From Rebecca billardiae RCC1528 (Eukaryota; Protista; Haptophyta): DNA of 64,000 nt. The notes beneath the pieces were generated by a model. The model saw nothing but the letters and a program-made list of their open reading frames with translations, was not told where the DNA came from and made no database searches. Position numbers and translations under genes: made by a program. Position 1 is the stretch's first letter, and each line of letters opens with the position of its first letter. Below are positions 34,427-45,811 of the stretch, in pieces. The stretch lies in NCBI GenBank assembly GCA_965240325.2, contig OZ251231.1, positions 1,612,001 through 1,676,000 of the forward strand, read 5' to 3'.

Positions 34427-35653
34427 ATGTCGGGATGGCTACTGCCCTCTGTCGCTTGCCCCTTGGCCGCCGCCGCTGCCGCGCCGCCGGTGGTGCGGGC
34501 GCGTGCGCCCGACGTTGGCAGCGCCTCGCGCCTCCTGCGCGACTGCTTCGACGAGCAGCGCGTCGTCTTCATCGGCGACTCCACCTCCCGCTACGACTAC
34601 GAGGCGCTCACGTTTGCGCTCGACGGCGTCCGCCTCGAGGCGTTCCCCCTCAGCCCGCTCGACGCACGCATCTACCAGCGCATCCCGCCGAGGGGCCACG
34701 AGGACCTGCTGCCGGCGTGGACCAAGCTCGAGCCACGCATCCCGCCGGGCTGCCACGGGCACCCCACCGTGAGCAAGTGGGCCCCCGTGATGCGGTGGAC
34801 GCACGGCCTCGTGTCAGCGCACGAGCTGTGTGACTGCTCGTCCGGCAACGCGACGTTTCCCTTTGACGGGCGCCATGAGAACCGCGTGTTTCGGACGGAA
34901 CGCATGCGCGCGAAGCGCGGCTACCTCGCCTTCATCCAGCTGCATGGCATCGAGGACGTGCACGGCAGCGTGCCGTGGGCCAACCTTGGCGCGTACGCGG
35001 ACGGCCGCATCACGGACGCGCGCACCGTCACGCCGTGCCCACCCGGCTCCAACCACGAGGCCGCGTGGGGGGCGAGCCCGCACGAGCTGCTCGAGCGGGT
35101 GTGGGCCCACCTGCGCCCCACGCTGCTCGTGCTCAACATCCGGCACTGGGTCGAGAACACCGAAGTGGCTCCGCAGGAGTGGCGGCTGTTGGCGCACTCG
35201 GCACAAGCGCTGGCGCGCAACACGGGCACGGCGCTCTACTGGCGGCGGACGCCCGCGCTCGGTGACAACGGGGCGGCGGGCTACCCGCTGGCTCGAAGGC
35301 GCGTAGACGCCATATTTGCGGCCCACGGCTTTCGCATTCTCGACGTGACGCGCCTCGCCGAAGAGTTTGCGCGCTCGTCCGGCGTGCCGTGGTTTGCGCC
35401 CAATTCGACGCACTGCGCGCTCGCGGGACGAGTGTGTCTCGGCGGCGACCGCAGCCTATTTGCCGACCCGGTCCACTTGAGCAGCCAGTGCAGCGCCCAC
35501 GTCGCGTGCGCGCTTGCCGCGCTCGTGTGCCACCGGGCCAGCCGTGACGACGGTACTGTCAGGAGGAAGTTAATATGCACGCCCGGGCTTGCGCCACTCT
35601 TTCGCACCACATATACCGCTGCTGTAGTTCAGAGCGCACCTAAGACTTGTTAA
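34427..35653 (+). CDS. SGNH/GDS-DxxH esterase or O-acyltransferase (TBL/PC-esterase-like), secreted
   Basis: RVVFIGDSTSRY; LLVLN; LYWRRT; ILDV; DPVH; hydrophobic N-terminus. 3' end uncertain. Confidence 0.72.
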   Translation: MSGWLLPSVACPLAAAAAAPPVVRARAPDVGSASRLLRDCFDEQRVVFIGDSTSRYDYEALTFALDGVRLEAFPLSPLDARIYQRIPPRGHEDLLPAWTKLEPRIPPGCHGHPTVSKWAPVMRWTHGLVSAHELCDCSSGNATFPFDGRHENRVFRTERMRAKRGYLAFIQLHGIEDVHGSVPWANLGAYADGRITDARTVTPCPPGSNHEAAWGASPHELLERVWAHLRPTLLVLNIRHWVENTEVAPQEWRLLAHSAQALARNTGTALYWRRTPALGDNGAAGYPLARRRVDAIFAAHGFRILDVTRLAEEFARSSGVPWFAPNSTHCALAGRVCLGGDRSLFADPVHLSSQCSAHVACALAALVCHRASRDDGTVRRKLICTPGLAPLFRTTYTAAVVQSAPKTC

Positions 35654-35726
35654 GCCTCGTCTCCGCCCGCGCGGTCGTCTCGGGCGACGTAACTACATAT
35701 ATAGCTATAGCCTATATGCATTTTGT

Positions 35727-35838
35727 TAAATTCCCCTTTATAACGGGCTCCGGGTGATCAGACTGGCGGCCGAAGCCTCCAGCCCTACCCTGGCCAGCCC
35801 CCAACCAACCACCACCCTCACCCAACCTCAAACCACTG
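35727..35838 (-). repeat. Family G repeat copy
   Basis: Reverse complement of 23707-23820. Confidence 0.8.
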
Positions 35839-35937
35839 GCACTCACTCAGTTCCGCCGGTGACTGACTAGTGACTGACTGCTGTTCCGCGTTTGCCGTTC
35901 AGCGGTTTGGGCGGCGGTCGTGGCTAATGATCTACAG

Positions 35938-37071
<1,134 letters not shown>

Positions 37072-37517
37072 ATTGATATTTGATAGTTACGCGCAGCATC
37101 AGGTGGCGGTCTGAGGGAGAGCTGCGAAACGCGGCTCCCCGAACGCGCCTGCGCGTGATCCGCACTCACTTCCCGCCCGCTCTGCCCGCTTATGCTCATC
37201 ACTCAGTCAGCTGAGCCTGACGTGTCCGAAGGCTCTCGGTCTGCGGTCTGCGGCGCAGGCCGCGCCCACCGCCGCGGGCCGGCGGCCCCCGGGCCGCCGT
37301 CGCCGTCGGTACGGAATGATGAGCCGTCGGAGTATGCGCACGAGTCAGACGACTCTCTTGCCTGCTAACTAATGACGAGGCTTGACGGACACTGTCACTG
37401 TTGCTTGACGCCTTGACGGCGTGCGGCGGGAGCACTGTACGTCACTGTGTGAAGCCTGAAGGCGCGCCCCGAATGTCAGTGAGTTTGATGGTTATTGGCG
37501 GCTGCCAGCGGTTATAA

Positions 37518-38740
37518 TCATGGGCGCTCCCTGACTTCTGTGTCGCCAAGCCCAAGGCCGGCTCCTGCCTTCTCGTCGTGGGCTCTGGAGCTTCTACTCT
37601 TGATCGCTTTGAGAAACTGCTTGTTCGAGCTGAAGCCCTTGCTGGGATCAGGGTACCCCAGCTCAGTCAAGCGCGCGACGATCTGCTCAGGGCTCCTGAA
37701 GCGGGCCCAATTCACCGGCGTCGAAGCGTTCTTGCGTATCCAGCCGCCGGTCCAGTCGATCTTGTGCACGTGCGCCGCCGTGGCGGAGAGGCCGGTGTCC
37801 GCCGCAAAGTCCTCCCACGCCTGCTTCACCAGCTTGCTGCCATAAATGTCGTCGAAGATGACAATGCCGCCGACCGAGACGCGGTCCCAGAGGTGGTATA
37901 GCGCGTGCTGGTACCTGAGAGGCGCGGCGGCATGCGGGCGCGCAGGCGCGCACGCGCGTGCAGCCCACGTCGCGCGCAGCCCGTCAGCAAACGGACGGCG
38001 CCCGACCCCGCTGTGCCTAGCGCGCGCGCGGCGGGCGTCCGGCGCGCTGCTGCGCACGAGCTGTAGTAGTTGGCGTCGATGCGTAGCACTGCGAAGCGCT
38101 CACGCTCCCAAACGCGCCGGAACCGGCGCAGCGTCTGCTCAAACAGGCCCTTGTGCATCACGACGCGCCCCGCCCGGAGCTCGTCCCCGTACCCGTACTT
38201 GACAAAATTGCGCGCCACCTGCTCTTTGCTCACCCGCAGGAAGGCCGCGTTGCCGCCGTACCCGCTGAGCGTGCCGAAGACATCGAACAGGTGCACGCGC
38301 CGATGCCGTTGGCCGAGGAGATCGAGCAACGCCCTCGCATAGATGCACGTCCCCCCACGCCAGACCCCGAGCTCAGCAAAGCTGCCGTCGACGCGGTTCG
38401 CGACGACGGACTCGATCGCCTCGCGCACATTGCGCAGCCGCTTGTGACCGATCATGGTGTGCCCGTACGGCGGCCAATCCAGCCCGCTGCTACGCTTGTA
38501 GGCCTCGAACGGCCACGTTTTATTGCACGAGCCCGGCGGCCAGATCTCGCACTGGCCGGCCTCGTCGGTGAGCGTCCCGACGAGCGCCATCTCCAGCAGG
38601 GTGAGGTACTGCGCCGCAATGCCATCGCCGTGGGCGGGTAGAGCGTCACGGCACGCCTCATCGCACGGGCCTGGCGTCGAGGGTGTGTCGTCGATTCCGA
38701 GTGGCGCGGCGAGGATCGCGACGACAGCGACCGTATTCAT
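37518..38740 (-). CDS. TylF/MycF (macrocin O-methyltransferase) family protein; exons 38740-38058 and 37914-37518
   Basis: HTMIGHKRLRN, FAELGVWRGG, LFDVF, KGLFEQTL, LRIDANYYSS/YQHAL, GGIVIFDD; in-frame GT-AG intron; signal peptide. Confidence 0.9.
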
Positions 38741-38849
38741 GCCGGGCGCGCGCCCGCGTGGGAAAGCCGCGAGTAAATAGAATTGGTATGGGGGTAGCTG
38801 CTTGTTCTAAAAGCCGTGCTGGTAGGGCGGTAAGGGCTGTTCAACTTCC

Positions 38850-40578
38850 TGTCCTCGGGATGTCTTCGAGCGCCTCGCGTCCGCGAGGCGTGCCCGCAAC
38901 AACTCCTCACGCCGGTGCCCTCGGGCACCATCCACACTGAACGCATCTAGCACGCCGCGTATCGCACACGCAACTCATTGACCCATCCGCTCTCGCACAC
39001 GAACGCCTTAACCTCCCCGCCGCCTGCTTGCCAAGCTCGCCCGGGATGATCACAACACTTGCCTTCCACTCGACGGCGCTCCGTAGGTGCCTGTGGGCCG
39101 CCCTCCTCCCCTGAGCACTGCCCAGCCCTCTACAGGCGGCCGAACGACGCCCCAGACTGCGCCCGCCCCGGCCCTCTCGCGGCGGCCGCGAGCGCACGTG
39201 CCCCCCACCCCCTTCCCCATCCTGCCCGTTTCGCGAAAAACCCCTCCCCCCCCCAAAACGCACGCCGGACGCCGCTGTGCATCCGGGGGGGGGCGCCCGG
39301 TGGGCCCACTCCGGAGTCCGGACCAGGGTTTGGAATTCCCCCGCCGAATAAATTGCCGAGAGCCCGAGTTTCGGTCCTGCCCTCGCCGTCGGGATGTCTT
39401 CCAGCGCCTCGCGCCCGCGAGGCGCGCCCGCAACAACTCCTCACGCCGGTGCCCTTGGGCACCAATCCACACTGAACGCATTCAGCACCCCGCGTATCGC
39501 ACACGCAACGCATTGACCCATCCGCACTCGCACACGAACGCCTTAACCTCCCCGCCGCCTGCTTGCCAAGCTGGCCCGGGATCGACTTCCACCGTGGCGA
39601 CGACGGCGACCCGTAGACCAGGGTTTGGAATTCCTGTGCGAACCCCGCCGCGCACACCCGGGCGAGCACCCTCACTCCGCAGTCCGCAACGGCCCCCCGC
39701 AGCTCCCGCACCCGCCACACCGACCACCATGTACAGGTACGGCACACTCGGCAACTTCTACAGCAAGACTGGCTGGCCGGCCTACCCCACCTGCGACGAC
39801 CACGAGCTCCGGCGAAAGCTGAGCCCGCCGCCCGACCCCACCGCCAAGCCGCAGGCGGCTACGGCGATGGTCAAGCTGCCCGCGCGCGTCCTGGCCAACC
39901 GGTGGCGACCAACTCGTACGGCGGGCGGCAGCTGGAAGGACTCACCCGGGACCTCAAAAGCAAGTACGCCCCCCGCCATTGGCTCGGTGCTCGAGAACAT
40001 GGACACCTGCGACCGCCTGGCCAACAGCCTGCGCGTGCCGAACACGACAGGCCCCAGCGCCGCTGCAGCTGCCCCCCGTGATCCGGCTGCCGCCGTGCCG
40101 CCGTCGCTGGCGTAGAGCCGCGCGCGGCGCTGGCGCGCCAGACGTGCCCGGTTGGGCAGCGCAGGCATCCTCAGCGGCCAGGGCGACGACTTCCTCAACG
40201 GCCAGGGCGACGACTTCCTCGTCAACGGCCAGGGCGACGACTTCCTCAACGGCAAGGGCGACTACTTCCGCAACTCGGCAAGACCAAGGCCGCGCACACC
40301 GGCCAGGGCGACCCCATCCACTATCTGCACCACTGCATCCGCAACTCGAACACGGCCTCGGAACGTCGACGCGTACAAGTACATGATGACCAAGGGCTGG
40401 CGACGACTGCAAATACTTCAGCGGCATCCCTGGGCACCTACTTCCTCCGTGTGATCCGGCATCGACGACGACTACGTCCTCACCCGCGGCCAACGCGCTC
40501 ACACCCTCTGTCTCCAATCAGTACTTCGACAGACGAATCAGGAGAGCTGCGCCCTCGTGCCTGTGTCTTTAAATCATA
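38850..40578 (+). mobile_element. Probable decayed non-autonomous retroelement ending in the family D tail
   Basis: ~200 bp direct repeat (38855-39050 and 39390-39585), GACCAGGGTTTGGAATTCC twice, 24-27 bp tandem GGCCAGGGCGACGACTTCCTC at 40176-40270, broken ORFs, family D end. Confidence 0.4.
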
Positions 40579-40602
40579 GAATTCTGGTGAACACAGCTTT
40601 AA

Positions 40603-42110
40603 GGTGGCACCTCCGGAACAGACGGCGGGAGGCAAGATGGCGAAGAAACAGCCCCGGCGTCGCGCTCGCTCGAGGCTCGGAGGCCCGTGCGAGCCGGCGG
40701 GGGCTCGAGCGGCACGGGGCGCACGTCGGGCGGGCAGAACATGCACGTGGGCCTTCCGAACCGCTCGCCGACGGCCTCGCTCCGCCGCTTCTCGCGCTCG
40801 CGAGCTGTGTCCGTGCGCACGCGGTGGGCGGGCGTCGCGCAGCTCGACGCGAGGCGTCCACGGCGGAGGTTGGGGCCAGCTGGGCGCTCGAACGGCCTCG
40901 ACGTGCGGGGCCGGTCATGTACGTGCGCGCGCGCGCGCCGGAGCCGTCTGGCAGCCTTGTGGCTGTGCTGCGAGAACGACGTCACACCCGGGCGGCACGG
41001 CGAGGTCTGCTCGGGCCGTCTGTGCATGCATGTGCGCGAGGCGTGGGCGGGCTCACGATGGCGGGGCGCGTTGGTCGAAGGTGCGCCATGGTCGTCGGCG
41101 CCGGCTAGGTGCCGTCGGGCGCGCGCGGCGGTCCATTCGGGGCCACGCGGGCCGCCGGGAGCTCGTGCGCAGCCGCTCGGCCAGATCGGCGGCCCCGGCG
41201 GCAGTCTGAACGAGGTGAGAACTCAGATTCTGACGGTCCGCACGCCCCGGCTCGTGGTGGGCCACCAAACCCCGCGCAAGGGGGTGCGCACAAGCAGCCG
41301 TCCCGAGGAAACTGTTGGTAGGATTCGAAAATAATTTGAAAAATCGTTGAAAAAGGCCTCATTTGAGCATTTTCTACAATAATTTCGGATCCTACCAACA
41401 GTTTCCTCGGGACGGCTGCTTGCGCGCACCCCCTTGCGCGGGGTTTGGTGGCCCACCACGAGCCGGGGCGTGCGGACCGTCAGAATCTGAGTTCTCACCT
41501 CGTTCAGACTGCCGCCGGGGCCGCCGATCTGGCCGAGCGGCTGCGCACGAGCTCCCGGCGGCCCGCGTGGCCCCGAATGGACCACCGCGCGCGCCCGACG
41601 GCACCTAGCCAGCGCCGACGACCATGGCGCACCTTCAACCAACGCGCCCCGCCATCGTGAGCCCGCCCACGCCTCGCGCACATGCATGCACAGACGGCCC
41701 GAGCAGACCTCGCCGTGCCGCCCGGGTGTGACGTCGTTCTCGCAGCACAGCCACAAGGCTGCCAGACGGCTCCGGCGCGCGCGCGCGCACGTACATGACC
41801 GGCCCCGCACGTCGAGGCCGTTCGAGCGCCCAGCTGGCCCCAACCTCCGCCGTGGACGCCTCGCGTCGAGCTGCGCGACGCCCGCCCATCGCGTGCGCAC
41901 GGACACAGCTCGCGAGCGCGAGAAGCGGCGGAGCGAGGCCGTCGGCGAGCGGTTCAGAAGGCCCACGTGCATGTTCTGCCCGCCCGACGTGCGCCCCGTG
42001 CCGCTCGAGCCCCCGTCGGCTCGCACGGACCTCCGAGCCTCGAGCGAACGCGACGCCGGGGCTGTTTCTTCGCCATCTTGCCTCCCGCCGTCTGTTCCGG
42101 AGGTGCCAGC
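40603..42110. mobile_element. Foldback element 1 (~730 bp arms), TTAA-flanked, Kolobok-like termini
   Basis: TTAA|GGTGGCAC...GTGCCAGC|TTAA; arms are near-perfect reverse complements around a ~40 bp AT-rich spacer. Confidence 0.88.
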
Positions 42111-42114
42111 TTAA

Positions 42115-43652
42115 GGTGGCACGGCAGGAAATCGCCCGGACCGGCGGGACGCGACGTAACAGCCATGGCTGCCGCGTGCGCGCGCCGAGTCGAGGCTCGT
42201 GCACGCCGACCGCGTACGGCACGGTCCGGAGCGCATGACGGGTGGTCGAAGCACGTGCGCCGGCCTCCTGCCCCGCCCTCTGATGAGCTCGTCGCGTCTC
42301 TCCTCACGCTCCAGCCGTGGACCAGCGTGCACACGTGCGGGTCGGCTGGCGAGCTGCAGACGCGGTGGATGCGCTGCATGGTATGTGCGCCACTGGCCGC
42401 CCAGATGGTCAGGGCGTACGGGGGCGGACGTGCGCACGTGCGTCCAGTCGTTTGAACCGTGCGCCGAGGCCGTTTTGGAGGTGTGCACCTACTCGCGGAT
42501 GTCGGCGGCACTCCATGGGCAGCCCGTGGGGCCAGAGAAGCCGCGACGGGCAGCATTCGGGCGAGGTGCGCATGGCCCCATGGCGGCAGGGAACGCCCTG
42601 TGCGTGCGCTACGGTCTACGCCGAGGTCAGCAATATGGACTTGGCCTGTGTATGTGGCTTGAACAGTCTGCTTGGGGCCCTACGGAAGTCACCGCGCGTG
42701 CGCAGCGTCCCCGGTGCCCTATAGTAGGCTATACGCGGCATGCCAAAACTCGAAATCTTTTATAGAACTTCTACTGGGACCCTAGCTACTCCCGAGCCGT
42801 ACTCATAAACTGTGCTTAGCCAGCTCGGCATGCGAATCGGATTTCGGAAAACGAAATTAACACGGAAATGGTCCTATTTTGGCTATTTTGAACCACTTTC
42901 ATGTTAATTTCGTTTTTCGAAATCCGATTCGCATGCCGAGCTGGCTAAGCACAGTTTATGAGTACGGCTCGGGAGTAGCTAGGGTCCCAGTAGAAGTTCT
43001 ATAAAAGATTTCGAGTTTTGGCATGCCGCGTATAGCCTAATACTATAGGGCACCGGGGACGCTGCGCACGCGCGGTGACTTCCGTAGGGCCCCAAGCAGA
43101 CTGTTCAAGCCACATACACAGGCCAAGTCCATATTGCTGACCTCGGCGTAGACCGTAGCGCACGCACAGGGCGTTCCCTGCCGCCATGGGGCCATGCGCA
43201 CCTCGCCCGAATGCTGCCCGTCGCGGCTTCTCTGGCCCCACGGGCTGCCCATGGAGTGCCGCCGACATCCGCGAGTAGGTGCACACCTCCAAAACGGCCT
43301 CGGCGCACGGTTCAAACGACTGGACGCACGTGCGCACGTCCGCCCCCGTACGCCCTGACCATCTGGGCGGCCAGTGGCGCACATACCATGCAGCGCATCC
43401 ACCGCGTCTGCAGCTCGCCAGCCGACCCGCACGTGTGCACGCTGGTCCACGGCTGGAGCGTGAGGAGAGACGCGACGAGCTCATCAGAGGGCGGGGCAGG
43501 AGGCCGGCGCACGTGCTTCGACCACCCGTCATGCGCTCCGGACCGTGCCGTACGCGGTCGGCGTGCACGAGCCTCGACTCGGCGCGCGCACGCGGCAGCC
43601 ATGGCTGTTACGTCGCGTCCCGCCGGTCCGGGCGATTTCCTGCCGTGCCACC
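42115..43652. mobile_element. Foldback element 2 (~760 bp arms), TTAA-flanked, Kolobok-like termini
   Basis: TTAA|GGTGGCAC...GTGCCACC|TTAA; ~20 bp spacer near 42880. Confidence 0.88.
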
Positions 43653-44865
43653 TTAAACAATGTTAATTTAATTGGTGTCACCTACTGATGGGGAAAGTAA
43701 TACCGGAGTAGGAATACGAAGAATGGGGCCTCAAACGTTTTTTGATTAGGCACGCCTCGGGAATCGAGAACGCATGTCGTTACCTTTTTGAGCGCGCGCC
43801 ATAGGGATGTCGTTGCGATTCCCACCTATTTGTTGACGCTTTTCTCGACCATCCGCTCCCCAGTCGAGCAGAACCGCGACGCACCCGGTGCTTTCGCCGC
43901 CGCGCCGCGTGCGCTCGGCACACACGATTGAGTATGACGAACGAGCGCGCTGCTGCAGGAGGCGAACGCCGCGCGCGACACGCAGAATGGCGCTCAGCCG
44001 GCGTGGCTCGACTCGCACACACGTGCGCAACCGAGGAACAGCTCCGCGGGCCTCCGCCGCGACCGCCGCCAACCCAGCGCCGGATGCCATCGTCGGCGTC
44101 GCGAGGAACTGCGCCGATCTGGCGGATATCCAGCGGCACGTGGCGGCGATCAAGCAGCCGCGACCGCATCAGATGACGTGCACGAACGGCCTCATGGAGA
44201 AGCTCGTACCACAAGCCTACCATAAGCCACCCGCTCGCCGACTTGCCCGACTACTACTACTCGCCCCGCTGGCTCGTCATCAACAGGCGCGGCCTTCGAG
44301 CCGTCACCCGCGCCGCCCGCGGCTCGCGGCGCCATCGCGGACCGGCGTGCCCGCCGGCGCGAGCTGCCGACACAACATGCACACCGACGCGAGCCGGTCG
44401 TACCACGTCGTGCCCGACGGGCCGTGCTCAGCGACGGCTTAGCAGGTGAGTCTACGCCGTGCAGTCGCGCCGGTTGTGCCCTGCCGGCCTGCGCCGCTCG
44501 CCCCGCGCCTACAGCCAGTGGGCCATCCGCGGTGCGTGCCGTTGCCGTGCCGTCGTGCCCGAGCGGCCGTGCGCAGCGACGACCGCATCGACGCGCGCCT
44601 CGCCGTGCGCCTCGGTGGGCCTTGCAGAAGTGCCGCGCTGCCGCGCCTGGCTTAATCGCACGCGCGACAATGCGTTATGCGGCGCGCCACCGGATGATAG
44701 CTACCGTCAGTCAGCGCTGAACGGCCAACTCGTCCCATCGTCGTCGGGTCTGCTGGCCCTGTGGAGCTTCTCCGTCGCGTCCTACACGCGCTGTGTTCGA
44801 CCAGCCCCACCGGGACAAGGCCGCAAGGCCCCCGCTGTTTAGTAATTCCGGCTTCATTAATCGGA

Positions 44866-44988
44866 GGTGCGGCAACGCGCCCCTCACCTGCCTGCGCCGG
44901 TCTGTTTTGTGGCGGTGTCTTTGTGCAGTGTTGGATGGCGTCAATCACGCCTTAACCAAGTGTGCACGTTAAATCATAGTAAACTGTA
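44866..44988 (+). repeat. Family C repeat copy
   Basis: Near-identical to 3394-3515. Confidence 0.82.
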
Positions 44989-45102
44989 AGCGAAAGGAAA
45001 AGCTCCTAAAGTACCATTATGGCCCGCGGTGCAGGGCGGAGCGCGCAGCGTGGAGCCCGCACCAGCGGGCCCGAACCACGTTTCAAAAAGATCTTTGATC
45101 AA

Positions 45103-45693
45103 AGCAGCTGCAGCTCCTCGACCGCGAGGTCTATGGCACGCTTGAGGGCCAGGTGGGCCCATACGAGGCGCGGCTCGACACCTTCCCCGCGATCGTCCCG
45201 ATTGTCGTGGGGGCGTTCGGCGAGTGGAGCGCGGAGGTGGACCTCACCCTCAAGAAGATCGCCAAGATGGGGCGGGACACGTGGCGCGCGCGCCTCAGCG
45301 CGCCCTCGCGCCCCGCCGCCGAGCGCGCGCTGCTCGGCACCATGCGGCGCGAGCTGGGCATGCGCTGCCTGCGTGGCCAGGCCAAGATGCTCATCGCCCG
45401 CGCGCGCATGGCGCACGTGCGCCCGGGGGCACGCGCCCGCGGGGGCACTGCGTACGACGACTGCTTCGAGACGACGGCTGACGACGCGTGGCACCGCGAC
45501 CACCGCGGTGGCGCGCGCGCGTCGACGCCAGACGGTGCGTCGAGCTTCCGCTCGGCGATGGAGTGATGGGCGACTACGAGGGGGGGGGGACGACGGCGAG
45601 GAGCGCTGATCCTGGTGTTTGTCTCTGCTGCTCGATCTGCCGCTACAGCTTGCTGACTCTGACGCCTGCCCGTTGCATACCACGTCGTTAATA
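45103..45693 (+). mobile_element. 5'-truncated non-LTR retrotransposon fragment (RLE-type C-terminus)
   Basis: Interrupts GATCAAGAAAAAAGGG (intact at about 11630); encodes IVPIVVGAFGEWS..LKKIA; ends TTAATAA. Confidence 0.6.
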
Positions 45694-45811
45694 AAGAAAA
45701 AAGGGACGGGGCGGTGTTTTCCAGAGTGGGGAGACCGAGTTTCGATTTTTTGAGACCTCCTTACACATGGATTAGCGTCGAAAAAGGTCGCGTCCGCCGT
45801 CTTGAATAGTG

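Noticed and set aside
40176-40270. Short direct repeats resembling a CRISPR array
   Set aside because: Contiguous tandem units without unique spacers, no cas genes, eukaryotic context.
40604-43666. Duplicated ORFs on both strands of the palindromes
   Set aside because: Mirror products of the inverted repeats; no transposase motifs.
43988-44860. Possible gene
   Set aside because: Coding-like patches in shifting frames with stops; no consistent gene model or motif; may be a pseudogene.
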